Below are positions 52,323-61,589 of a stretch of 64,000 nucleotides of DNA, one piece after another. The notes beneath the pieces are model-generated. The model was not told the DNA's origin. It did no database searches and worked only from the letters and a program-made list of their open reading frames with translations. A program made the position numbers and the translations under genes. The number at the start of each line of letters is the position of its first letter. Within the stretch, counting starts at the first letter, position 1. Source of the stretch: an uncultured delta proteobacterium (GTDB lineage Bacteria; Desulfobacterota; Binatia; Binatales; Binataceae); NCBI GenBank assembly GCA_963765675.1, contig CAVXXK010000001.1:1024001-1088000 (forward strand), written 5' to 3'.

Positions 52323-53474
52323 ATGGGAGTGTTGTCAGGCTACAAGATAATCGAACTTGCCGGGATCGGTCCGGGACCGATGTGCGCGATGTTGCTGTCG
52401 GACATGGGCGCGGACGTGTTGCGCATCGACCGCACCGCGGACGCGGCGCTGGGCATTGCGATGGAGACCAAATACAGCCTGCTTAATCGCGGGCGCCGTT
52501 CGGTCGCGCTCGACCTCAAACGTCCCGAGGCGATCGAGGCGGTGCTGAAGCTGATCGAGAAGGCGGACGCGCTTATAGAGGGCTTTCGGCCCGGCGTGAC
52601 CGAACGGCTCGGACTCGGTCCCGACGATTGCCTCAAACGCAATCCTCGCCTGATTTACGGACGCATGACCGGATGGGGTCAGGAGGGTCCGCTCGCGCAT
52701 GCCGCCGGCCACGATATCAATTACATCGCGCTGTCAGGCGCGCTCGCCAGTATCGGCCGCAAGGGCGACGCTCCGCTTCCTCCGCTGAACCTGGTGGGAG
52801 ACTTTGGCGGAGGCGCACTGTATCTCGCGCTCGGCGTGGTCGCGGGACTGCTCGAGGCGCAGAAGTCGGGCAAGGGCCAGGTGGTCGATGCGGCGATGGT
52901 CGATGGAGCGGCGTCGCTGATGACCGCGATCTACGGCCTGCGGTTGTCGGGAGTATGGAACGACAAGCGCGGCGAAAATATTCTCGACACGGGCGCGCAC
53001 TACTACGAGGTTTACGAAACCAAGGACGCCAAGCACGTCGCGATCGGATCGATCGAAGCCAAATTTTATGATGAGCTGCTGCGCCTGTCGGGCCTCAAGG
53101 GACAGGAGCTGCCGCGCCAGAACGACCGCGCGTCGTGGCCGAAAATGAAGGAGCGGCTGAAGGCGCTGTTCCTGACCAAGACGCGCGACGAGTGGTGCGC
53201 GATCATGGAGGGCAGCGACATCTGCTTCGCGCCGGTGCTCAGCATGGACGAGGCTCCGCATCATCCGCACAACCGGCATCGCGGCACCTTCGTCGAAAGC
53301 GGCGGCGTTCTCCAGCCGGGTCCGGCTCCTCGTTTCAGCCGCACCCCCAGCAAAATCCAGCGTCCGCCTGCGCGGCCGGGCGAGCATACGGAGGCCGCGC
53401 TCGGCGATTGGGGTTTCAGCGCCGGCGACCTCGAGCGGCTGCGCAAATCCGGCGCGATCGCTGGTAAGCAATAG
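52323..53474 (+). CDS. CaiB/BaiF family protein (alpha-methylacyl-CoA racemase-like)
   Basis: ELAGIGPGP, EGFRPGVTERLGLGP, GRMTGWGQEGP, AGHDINY, NLVGDFGGG. Confidence 0.92.
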   Translation: MGVLSGYKIIELAGIGPGPMCAMLLSDMGADVLRIDRTADAALGIAMETKYSLLNRGRRSVALDLKRPEAIEAVLKLIEKADALIEGFRPGVTERLGLGPDDCLKRNPRLIYGRMTGWGQEGPLAHAAGHDINYIALSGALASIGRKGDAPLPPLNLVGDFGGGALYLALGVVAGLLEAQKSGKGQVVDAAMVDGAASLMTAIYGLRLSGVWNDKRGENILDTGAHYYEVYETKDAKHVAIGSIEAKFYDELLRLSGLKGQELPRQNDRASWPKMKERLKALFLTKTRDEWCAIMEGSDICFAPVLSMDEAPHHPHNRHRGTFVESGGVLQPGPAPRFSRTPSKIQRPPARPGEHTEAALGDWGFSAGDLERLRKSGAIAGKQ

Positions 53475-53630
53475 CCGGTATTTGCATATCCGCTGGATGC
53501 GCCGGGCGTGCCGATTGCCGCGCCAAACTGACCGTTTGCGAGTACTCGCTTGCGGCGCGGCGCGACTCTGACCACATGATATCTGCCGACTTAGCGTCGT
53601 CGCATTGGTCGAGGTGTGATCTTGAATTCA

Positions 53631-55346
53631 ATGGAAAGGTTTGATCGGGTCTTCTGGCGGCGGCTGTGGCGGCTTGCGAAACCGTTTTGGGTTTCGGATC
53701 AGAAACGCAAAGCGCGCACCCTTCTGGCCGTAATACTCGTGATGATTCTACTGTTCGTCGGCTTCTCGGCGGTCTTCAGCTATATCAGCCGCGACGTGGT
53801 CGACGCGTTGCAGAAATACAATCAGAAGCGATTTGACTTCCTGCTGATAGTCTCTTTCATTTGGATCTGTTTCGTCATGGTGGTTTATCCATTCCTGCCC
53901 TACCTCATTGGCAGGCTTCAGATTCTCTGGCGCGAATGGATGACCGAGTGGTTCGTCGGCGCGGGATTCCGCCATCATGCCTTTTACCAGATGAACCTGG
54001 ACGGCAAGATCGACAATCCCGACCAGCGCATCCAGCAGGACCTCAACTCGTTCACCAGCTCGACGCTCAACTATATCAACAGCCTGGTGGGTTCGCTCGT
54101 GATGGCGGGCGCTTTCTTCGGAATCCTGTGGACGATCTCGCACTGGCTGGCGATCTCGCTGATCGCTTATTCGGTTATCGGCACCTACGTCGCCGTTATC
54201 GTGGGCCGCCGCCTGATCGTGATCAATTTCAATCAGGAACGCTACGAAGCGGACTTCCGCTTCGACCTGGTCCACGTGCGCGACAACGCCGAATCGATCG
54301 CGATGTACGGTGGCGAAGCGCAGGAGCATCGCGAGCTGAGCCGCCGCTTCGGATGGGTGGTCTCGAACTTCAAGCTGCTGCTTCAGTGGCAGCTATATCT
54401 TGGCTTCGTTCAGACCGCGTACGACAACTCGGTCAACGTGGTGCCGTGGGTCGTGCTGGCTGGCGTCTATTTCTCGCACAAGATCCAGATGGGACAAATC
54501 TTTCAGGCGGTGGCCGCCTTTGGCGCGGTCAAGGGCACCCTCGCCCTCGTGATCAGTTCCTTTCAGGACCTGACCAGTTACGCCACGGTGGTGAATCGGC
54601 TCGCAACCTATATCGAGGAGTGCGATGCGGCCCGTGTGGCCGAAGGCAGCCCCGGAATCGAGATCGCCGAGGAGCAGCGTATCGCTCTAGAAGATGTCTC
54701 GCTCGAGACTCCGGACGGACAAAGCCAACTCGTCGAGAATTTGTCGGTCGATGTCAAAGACGGTGAGCGGTTACTGATCACGGGCGCGAGCGGTGTCGGA
54801 AAGACCTCGCTGACCCGCGCGATCGCGGGTATCTGGCGCACAGGCAGCGGACGAATCGTGCGGCCGCCGCTCGAGGACATGATGTTCCTGCCGCAGCGGC
54901 CCTACATGATTCTGGGTTCGTTGCGGGCGCAGCTATGCTATCCGCGCGCGAAAGACGCCGGCGACGATGATCTGCACCGCGTCCTCGCCGAGGTCAATCT
55001 TGCCGATCTGCCCGCGCGCGTCGGCGGTCTGGACGCTGAGCGCAACTGGTCCGAGATCCTGTCGCAGGGCGAGCAGCAGCGTCTCGCGTTCGCGCGCTTG
55101 ATCCTCAACCTGCCGCGGTTTGCGTTTCTGGACGAGGCGACCAGCGCGCTCGACCCGGCCAACGAAACGATGCTCTATCGGCGCCTAATCGAAAGTCCAA
55201 TCGTCCTGGTCAGCGTCGGCCATCGCACGAGCCTCGCACAGTATCACGATACGAATTTAGAGCTGAAAGAAAACGGCAAATGGGAGATTCACGTGCTCGG
55301 CGATTCCGGCCAATCCGGACCAGCCGCCGCGACCGCCCGCGATTAA
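53631..55346 (+). CDS. ABC transporter fused permease/ATPase (YddA/BacA-like, ABCD family)
   Basis: DNPDQRI, EADFRF, GASGVGKT, LPQRPY, LSQGEQQRLAFAR, LDEATSALD, SVGHR. Confidence 0.92.
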   Translation: MERFDRVFWRRLWRLAKPFWVSDQKRKARTLLAVILVMILLFVGFSAVFSYISRDVVDALQKYNQKRFDFLLIVSFIWICFVMVVYPFLPYLIGRLQILWREWMTEWFVGAGFRHHAFYQMNLDGKIDNPDQRIQQDLNSFTSSTLNYINSLVGSLVMAGAFFGILWTISHWLAISLIAYSVIGTYVAVIVGRRLIVINFNQERYEADFRFDLVHVRDNAESIAMYGGEAQEHRELSRRFGWVVSNFKLLLQWQLYLGFVQTAYDNSVNVVPWVVLAGVYFSHKIQMGQIFQAVAAFGAVKGTLALVISSFQDLTSYATVVNRLATYIEECDAARVAEGSPGIEIAEEQRIALEDVSLETPDGQSQLVENLSVDVKDGERLLITGASGVGKTSLTRAIAGIWRTGSGRIVRPPLEDMMFLPQRPYMILGSLRAQLCYPRAKDAGDDDLHRVLAEVNLADLPARVGGLDAERNWSEILSQGEQQRLAFARLILNLPRFAFLDEATSALDPANETMLYRRLIESPIVLVSVGHRTSLAQYHDTNLELKENGKWEIHVLGDSGQSGPAAATARD

Positions 55347-55412
55347 CATGCAGCGTGGTTCGCTCCGCCGGCCCAATGGTCAATGCGAACGTAGCGACCC
55401 GTGAGCCATCGC

Positions 55413-57419
55413 TTACGGGATGGCGACAGTTCCGGAAGTCGCGATTTGCAGCTTCCAGTTTGCAATCTCCTGATACTTCTGAGTATCCAGCAGGCTTGCA
55501 AACTTGATGAGCCGCGCAGTATCGGGTCCATGTCCCTCTTCTGAGCGCTGGCGCAGGTAGTAGGGTGGAATGCTCTGGTAATACAGCGTCGCCTGAATTG
55601 CGGCCGGAGTACCCGCAATCTGAGCGAGTGGTATTTCATACCGGACCGTGCTGCAACCGCATTCCCCCTGATAGCTCGGATCCGCGCCAGTGCCGACCGG
55701 GGCCGTTATTTCCGCGTTTGGCCCCTCGGGATCGCGTCCTTTAGGTTGGAGCCGGTTATCTTTGAGCTTATGGTCCAGACTGAGAAAACTGGTGGTCAAC
55801 ATGCCTTGCGGATCAACCATCAGCTCCTCATAGATCTGTACCTGCTTGTCACTGGAGATAGGCGCGCCCTGCCAGAAGTGCGGTTGAAACGTCTGTTGAG
55901 AAGGGCTGAAAAACTCGGTTTTCAAGGGTGTTCCCGAATTATCGACGATCACGCCAGCGGCGTTGGTGTTGCCCGAAGCCCACAACACATTTCCCGTCGC
56001 ATCCAGCACCTGGAAGTTGAGAAACGCGCGGCGGAAGCTCACCCCGCTGGGGAAGTTGTGGCCCGCCAGATTCTGGACCATCACATCGGCGATGAGATTG
56101 CCGGCATCTTCGGCGATCGAGGCAACCTGGACCGTGGCGGTGGCGGTCTGAGCCTGTTGGACACTTCCGGCTACTGCGCTTCGTCGTGCAGAAATTTGGT
56201 CTCTCAGATCGCCAGGAAGATTGGGGTCGAACTTGAACAGGCCAAGATCGGTCCGAAACTGATCGAACATCTCGAGCGCGAAGAGATTGATTCCGAGCAG
56301 TTGATGGCGGCTATAGGGCGTCCGATCTTGCAGGATCAGGTCTATGTCCGGCAAGCGCGTTGACGGTCCGGTCTCAGGAACCGCCGGAAACGTCGAGTCC
56401 TCGATATTCGCGATTTTGAACTGGAGATCGGTGCCCTGATATTGGGTTGGCATGTGGCATTCCTGGCACGGTACGGATGCGAAATCGCTGTTCAACCATT
56501 CCAGAAAGGTCGTCTGTTCGTATTCGGTTTTGGGTTCGCCATTTTCGATGACCTGACGCCCGTTTGCGTCAAAAACGGGCAAGATAATCACGTGGCACGA
56601 CGCGCAGATCGCCGCGGACTCGACCTGTGGCCCCATTTTGGGAAGCACGCCCAGTGCATTCGCCATCGGCAGCGGGATAACACTTTCGTCAATCTTCCCA
56701 CCGTCCGGGTCGTAGTTGGACGGAAACGGGCCATAAACCTCATTGGCCGGTCCGATGTTGAAGAGGCCCGTGTAGGTCGAAGCCTCGCCCAGGTCTTGTG
56801 CGGACATGTGATGGCATACGGTACACGACACACCGTCGCGAGCGAGTGCGCCGTACTCGGAACGCGGATCTGACAGCATCTTTCTGGTGAAGAGCTTGTC
56901 GGGCTGATTAGCGTGGTCCATATGGAACTGGCGCTGGCCCATCACTCCGTGGCACCGAAAGCAGAAATCCTGGACGAACGCGGCGCCATCTGGTTTGCCC
57001 TCGAGATGTCGATGCAGTGTGGATTCGGTGTCGAGCTGGGCGAAGAAGATCGGATCGCGGCCCGAAAGCGCCATCATCGAGTAACGCCACTCGCCATACT
57101 GCGAGAGATTCACGGGGACATTGTCGGCGCCGCTGTAGATCATATTGGGGACAAAACCGGCGAGCGTCCCGGTCGCATCGTGGCAACTGGCGCACTGGTC
57201 GGAAGTCAGGAATTCCTGCGGTCCTCCGTTATGGGCGCTGGGAGACCACACGTGGTCGAACGCCTCGGAAACCATGCACGGCACCTTCGTGTTCGCCAAA
57301 GGCCTGAGATTGGCGAACACTAAACTCGACAGGAGCGGAGAAGACGAAGGCGCGAGTCTCGCCTCCTGATCGCGCGTATCTTCAATCTGAAATGGATGGT
57401 GCATATCCAAGCCCGGCAA
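55413..57419 (-). CDS. Multiheme c-type cytochrome (5 CxxCH), apparently 5'-truncated
   Basis: CASCH, CFRCH, CTVCH, CASCH, CQECH; GHNFPSG motif; no signal peptide; in-frame TAA a few codons upstream. Confidence 0.8.
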   Translation of the reverse strand: MPGLDMHHPFQIEDTRDQEARLAPSSSPLLSSLVFANLRPLANTKVPCMVSEAFDHVWSPSAHNGGPQEFLTSDQCASCHDATGTLAGFVPNMIYSGADNVPVNLSQYGEWRYSMMALSGRDPIFFAQLDTESTLHRHLEGKPDGAAFVQDFCFRCHGVMGQRQFHMDHANQPDKLFTRKMLSDPRSEYGALARDGVSCTVCHHMSAQDLGEASTYTGLFNIGPANEVYGPFPSNYDPDGGKIDESVIPLPMANALGVLPKMGPQVESAAICASCHVIILPVFDANGRQVIENGEPKTEYEQTTFLEWLNSDFASVPCQECHMPTQYQGTDLQFKIANIEDSTFPAVPETGPSTRLPDIDLILQDRTPYSRHQLLGINLFALEMFDQFRTDLGLFKFDPNLPGDLRDQISARRSAVAGSVQQAQTATATVQVASIAEDAGNLIADVMVQNLAGHNFPSGVSFRRAFLNFQVLDATGNVLWASGNTNAAGVIVDNSGTPLKTEFFSPSQQTFQPHFWQGAPISSDKQVQIYEELMVDPQGMLTTSFLSLDHKLKDNRLQPKGRDPEGPNAEITAPVGTGADPSYQGECGCSTVRYEIPLAQIAGTPAAIQATLYYQSIPPYYLRQRSEEGHGPDTARLIKFASLLDTQKYQEIANWKLQIATSGTVAIP

Positions 57420-57496
57420 CCGACGATCTGCGCCTTAAGGGAAACTAGCCCCTCCCGCTTTTACTCGCCCTAGGCCTCGCTGCCACAGGACCAAGA

Positions 57497-57868
57497 TTAG
57501 AAACTGTTGCTGGTACAGTTCAAAGACGGCCCTACGCCCGTGCAGTGGGTCATAGTCTGACTGGGAACAGAATGATTACTCTCCCCGCCACCAAGCACTA
57601 CAGCCGGATGTGGATGCCGGGCCTGATACTCCGCAAGGTCAGCTTCGTAGATCGCCTTTTGACTATCACACTTCGCCGGGTTGTCGGCGGAACGCAGGCA
57701 GGCTTCATATGCCACTTTTGAAGTTTGTAGGTCCTCTGAAGATTGGGAAGCCGCCTTTTGAGCCTGAACAAGTTCGTGTGTTTGTCGTACCAGACCACAA
57801 CCGGCAAGTAAGATTGTAAACAAAAGAGCAAGAAACGTCATTTGCGTTATTCTACCCGCAACATACAT
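57497..57868 (-). CDS. Hypothetical lipoprotein (island cargo)
   Basis: Lipobox LAGC; two further Cys pairs; AT-richer codons. Confidence 0.6.
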   Translation of the reverse strand: MYVAGRITQMTFLALLFTILLAGCGLVRQTHELVQAQKAASQSSEDLQTSKVAYEACLRSADNPAKCDSQKAIYEADLAEYQARHPHPAVVLGGGESNHSVPSQTMTHCTGVGPSLNCTSNSF

Positions 57869-58436
57869 CGGGTCAAAGAAATCCGTGCGGGAAGACCGCT
57901 TAGAAAAGGCGAACCGCGCCGGTATTGAGGGCTAAAGAGGAGGCTGTGCCGGGAAACCTAGAACATAATCAGCGGAGTAAAGAACGGAAAGAACAAGATC
58001 GCGAAAAAGCCCTAGATTTCCTACAGCTTCTGACAGGACTTCGGAGAGGGGAAGTGTTCGGCTTGGAGTGGCGGGACGTGGATTTGCCGACTGCGATCAT
58101 CACAGTCCGCGATCCGAAGGAAGGCGAGACTAAGCGGCTGCCGATTTCGGACGCCGTTCGCGATCTGTTGATGGCTCAGAATCCGCAGGAAGCAGGGCGA
58201 GTGTTTCCTTGGGATGCGCACAACTTCATCAACCGGGTGTTCATCCCGGCGGTGCGCAAGGCGGAGATTCGGGACTTCCGATTCCACGATCTCCGGCACA
58301 CGTTCGCCTCAAGACTCGCCATGCGTGGCGTGGACTTGTTCACGGTTGGAAAGCTTATGGGGCATCATGGCACGCGGATGACCGAACGCTATGCGCACCT
58401 GAGCAATCAGCATCTTCGGGACGCGGTGCAGGCGCT

Positions 58437-58458
58437 AGGTGCCACTACAGGTGCCACT
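58437..58458 (+). repeat. Direct repeat AGGTGCCACT x2 (candidate integrase arm-type sites)
   Basis: 10-mer repeated with 12-bp period, about 25 bp from the att core. Confidence 0.5.
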
Positions 58459-58482
58459 CGACTGTATGAGGAAACAAAAAGA

Positions 58483-58527
58483 TGGTGGACGCAGCAGGAT
58501 TTGAACCTGCGACCCCATGCATGTGAG
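58483..58527 (-). tRNA. 3' half of tRNA-Val(CAC); att-site duplication, not a functional tRNA
   Basis: Minus strand CTCACAT-GCATGGGGTC-GCAGGTTCAAATCCTGC-TGCGTCC-ACCA: anticodon loop, T-arm and CCA; D-arm and 5' anticodon stem absent. Confidence 0.85.
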
Positions 58528-58939
58528 TAGTGGAAACGGCCATTTCGCCGGTATCTCTTGGTAGCGTTCAATATGCTTCAAACCCCTGTCGGTTAAGGGC
58601 TTTCTCGCTTTCTGGAGGGACCGCGATAGCTGCCGAGTGATACCGAAATTCACTGAGGGTACCCACAAAATCCCCCACAGCACAGCGTGTACGGATGGTA
58701 ATACACCGAGTAGGACAGGCGTCATCTCGCACTGGCCTGCCGGGCCATCCCAAAGTCCGAGCCACCCTCGAGCATCGAGAGCGCGCTACGATCTGGATAG
58801 GACCGCAAAGGCATCGGACATTTCAAGGTTGTACCTACGACATTGGGGGTGCTGCGAGGCGTTCCGGGTCGGGCGGAGCGGACCGCCCGGGCTCCCGATT
58901 GGCAGGATGATGATAGGCCGGTAGTCTTATCCCCGACGT

Positions 58940-59122
58940 ATGGCGTTCGATCACGAATCAGCGATCCGCGCTCGCGCACGTTCACACGGGCTGCGCCGGG
59001 CGCGTTTCTGGCGGGCGCTGGGGTTCCCAAACCTGGTGCGCGCGCGAGCGGCGCGGTGGGGGAAAGCCGCGCCTGCGCAATCAGATCGGGACGGTTTACA
59101 AATGCCCAAACCGCCCGAGTGA
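58940..59122 (+). CDS. Possible small basic protein
   Basis: 60 aa; preceded by TTGGCA-N17-TAGTCT; no clear RBS. Confidence 0.3.
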   Translation: MAFDHESAIRARARSHGLRRARFWRALGFPNLVRARAARWGKAAPAQSDRDGLQMPKPPE

Positions 59123-59339
59123 ACCTAATCGGGCGCTTCCGGGAAGCAGTCGATAAGCTTGGCGCCGGGTTCCCCGGCGTCCGGCCCGATCGAGGTTTGC
59201 CCGCTTCAGTACCGTGCCGCGCGCCTAGCAATACCCAGTAGACTCCTTTGTCGGGATTTCATACATATTGTAGCGTATGAAGCTCCTATTTAGCCGTCGC
59301 TTGCTCGGCCGTCAAAAAAAGCGCGAGGAGGAGCGCGCG

Positions 59340-60245
59340 ATGAGAATCGGCGTTAGCCAGCTCCTTGCCCGGATCGCGTTGTGCGTTGCGGTGATCGGTG
59401 TTTGCCCCGCGTGCGTCGATCGGGCGCTTCAAGCGCAGGTAACGCCAGCGCAGGAGCAGGCGGCTGAACAGGCTATTGAGGCTCAGTGGGCAGCGCAGGC
59501 CGCGCAGCGCCACCAGCAAGCCGAGGAGCAAGCCGATAAGGATAAGCGCGAGCTTGCAGCGGACCTCGCCAGCGAGCGCGCCAATTGCTCAAAGGGCGGC
59601 CCACGGAACCCGGACGTGATCGCCGCCTGCGCACATTACGCGGCGGACAAGGAGGTTGCCGCCAATCGCCCCGATCCCGACCTCGGCCACGACGCCTATT
59701 CGGCGTACCGCGACAAGCTGCGAGACCAGGCCCTGGTGGAGGCGTTTCGCCTTGCTTGCTCGAAAAGCAGCGGGCAGAGCAGCGACTCGTGCATTGCTTA
59801 TCGGGCATCAAAGCTGATCGCAGAGCAGTGCCCCGATCCGAACCAAGACTCCACGGCCCATGAATCTTGCCGGCGCGACCTTACACTATTGGCCAAAGCG
59901 ATGATGACATGCATGAATCACCACGATCAGAGCGCGTGCATAGATATCCAGGATGCAATCGCCACTGCCAAGCGCCAGCAGAAGGAGCAAGCCGCACAGC
60001 AAAAGCAGGCCGCACAGATGGTCCAGGCCATACAGCAAGAACAGGCCCTACAGATTCAGGAGCAGGCCGCGGTCGCGTTACAAGCGCAAGCTCAAGCGCA
60101 ACAGGAACAGGCGCGGACACTCTGCTATCAACAAATGACGGCGCCCGACTCGTTTCAGATCGAATCGACGGGGACAGGCTTCCAGGTGACGCCATATAAC
60201 CGTAATCTGGCCGCTCCCATCACCGCCTATTGGAGCTGTCGCTAA
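59340..60245 (+). CDS. Cys-rich, Gln/Ala-rich hypothetical lipoprotein
   Basis: RBS GAGGAGG, lipobox-like CPAC, four Cys-pair helical repeats flanked by Q/A coiled coils. Confidence 0.7.
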   Translation: MRIGVSQLLARIALCVAVIGVCPACVDRALQAQVTPAQEQAAEQAIEAQWAAQAAQRHQQAEEQADKDKRELAADLASERANCSKGGPRNPDVIAACAHYAADKEVAANRPDPDLGHDAYSAYRDKLRDQALVEAFRLACSKSSGQSSDSCIAYRASKLIAEQCPDPNQDSTAHESCRRDLTLLAKAMMTCMNHHDQSACIDIQDAIATAKRQQKEQAAQQKQAAQMVQAIQQEQALQIQEQAAVALQAQAQAQQEQARTLCYQQMTAPDSFQIESTGTGFQVTPYNRNLAAPITAYWSCR

Positions 60246-60260
60246 AAGGAGGAACGCGGA

Positions 60261-60788
60261 ATGATGAAGCTCTTAAAGACACTCGCCAGTGGTGCAGCCG
60301 CCGCGGTTCTGATCACGGGAGTAATCGCGGTATCGGCGCGATACGTGCCCGCTCAAGAAGCCGACGACACCCCGCAGGTGACCTATGGCCCCCCAATTGC
60401 CCAGCCGGAAGCGAGGCAGCCGTTTAATTTCTACGGATGCTGGAACGGGGAAATTGACGTTGATGCTGGCGGCTCCGGCACTGGGTATCTGTATCTCCTT
60501 CAGAGCGGGAAAAAGTTCACTCAGGGCACGAACGCCGAACTCAACTTACCCGATGGATCGACCGTAGACGGGGAGCTCACCGGTAGCGCGGGCCCGGTAT
60601 CCTTTCACCTAAAGTATCCAAAACACGTTTACAGTAAGTCCTGTCATGGGAGGTTCGACGGCAGAATAGAGTCGGGTAATCTGGTTGGGACTTTTGATCT
60701 CAAAGGGTGTGGTGTCAACGTTGCCGGAACGTTCGACTTTACTTTCGCCGTCGAACCGTTCGGGGGCTGCTCGGCGATCACGGATTGA
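60261..60788 (+). CDS. Secreted beta-rich hypothetical protein
   Basis: RBS AGGAGG, signal peptide, 'GCWNGEI' followed by short beta strands, four Cys. Confidence 0.7.
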   Translation: MMKLLKTLASGAAAAVLITGVIAVSARYVPAQEADDTPQVTYGPPIAQPEARQPFNFYGCWNGEIDVDAGGSGTGYLYLLQSGKKFTQGTNAELNLPDGSTVDGELTGSAGPVSFHLKYPKHVYSKSCHGRFDGRIESGNLVGTFDLKGCGVNVAGTFDFTFAVEPFGGCSAITD

Positions 60789-60964
60789 AATCCGCGCGAA
60801 GGCGGAGCGGCGCTGATTTTCCCCCGCGCCGCGGCGGTTTAGAATTGCCTGGACGTGAAGCCGCGCACGCGCGGGAAAAGCGCGGACAGGCGCTCCAGGT
60901 GCGACGGGGCATAGGCGGACGCGCGTGGACGCGGTATGCTACCGATGATGCTGGAGCGATACCC

Positions 60965-61145
60965 ATGAATCTGAAGTTTTCCGGTTACATTGGAGACCGA
61001 CGAAGATGGCTGGCTCGTCGCTGAGTGTCCAGCGCTTCCAGGCTGCGTCAGCCAAGGGCGCGAAGCGATCATCGCATCGCTCGAAACCCGCCGGTTCCTC
61101 GGGCTTCCAAATGGAATCCAGGTGGCCGAGGGTGAACCGCCATGA
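60965..61145 (+). pseudogene. Degenerate HicB-family antitoxin
   Basis: After removing one T: MNLKFPVTLETDEDGWLVAECPALPGCVSQGR-EAI; the usual 'TxEEALxNIx' helix is deleted. Confidence 0.7.
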
Positions 61146-61366
61146 ACGCGGATGAAATCCGGCTCGAAATCGAAATCGATCGCGAAGTGGACGGCCGCTG
61201 GATCGCAGAAATTCGCGCGCTGCCCGGAGTGATGGCCTACGGCCCATCACGTGAAGCCGCGATCGCGGGCGTTAAGGTGCTGGCCTTGCGCGTCATCGCC
61301 GATGAAATCGAACATGGCGAGCGCCCGCGCGATCCCGCCAGCGTGCTTTTCGACCTTGCCGCGTGA
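61142..61366 (+). CDS. hicB: HicB-family antitoxin (short, no DNA-binding domain)
   Basis: 'EIDREVDGRWIAEIRALPGVMAYGPSREAAIA..LALRVIADEIEHGE'. Confidence 0.85.
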   Translation: MNADEIRLEIEIDREVDGRWIAEIRALPGVMAYGPSREAAIAGVKVLALRVIADEIEHGERPRDPASVLFDLAA

Positions 61367-61575
61367 GCCAGTGGCCGGCCGCCAAGGCCAGGCGCGTGCT
61401 GGCCGCGCTCCTACGCATCGGCTGGCGAATTAAGCGCCAGTCTGGTTCCCATCGCCGCCTATCCCGGCCCGGTTGGCCTGACTACACTTTCGCGTTTCAC
61501 GATGATGCCGAAATCGGCCCCGCAATGCTCACGCGCATGGCGGAGCAAACCGGGCTTAAGCCGCAGGACCTGTGA
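61363..61575 (+). CDS. hicA: HicA-family toxin (mRNA interferase)
   Basis: 'LLRIGW...RQSGSH...FAFHD..EIGP.ML..MAEQTGL'. Confidence 0.88.
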   Translation: MSQWPAAKARRVLAALLRIGWRIKRQSGSHRRLSRPGWPDYTFAFHDDAEIGPAMLTRMAEQTGLKPQDL

Positions 61576-61589
61576 CAGCACTACTGCGC

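Larger units (their letters stand above)
57925..58530 (+). pseudogene. Tyrosine integrase, catalytic C-terminal part only
   Basis: TGLRRGE, K, HDLRHTFASRL, LMGH, TERYAH; N-terminal domains missing. Confidence 0.85.

Noticed and set aside
55346-57497. Left att boundary of the older island
   Set aside because: No second copy of the tRNA-Val 3' end was found, so the boundary cannot be placed.
58483-58560. Complete tRNA-Val gene
   Set aside because: The 5' acceptor strand, D-arm and 5' anticodon stem are missing; only the 3' half is present.
58700-59270. Structured ncRNA or origin in the island non-coding stretch
   Set aside because: Only scattered GC-rich hairpins expected by chance; no iterons or recognisable motif.
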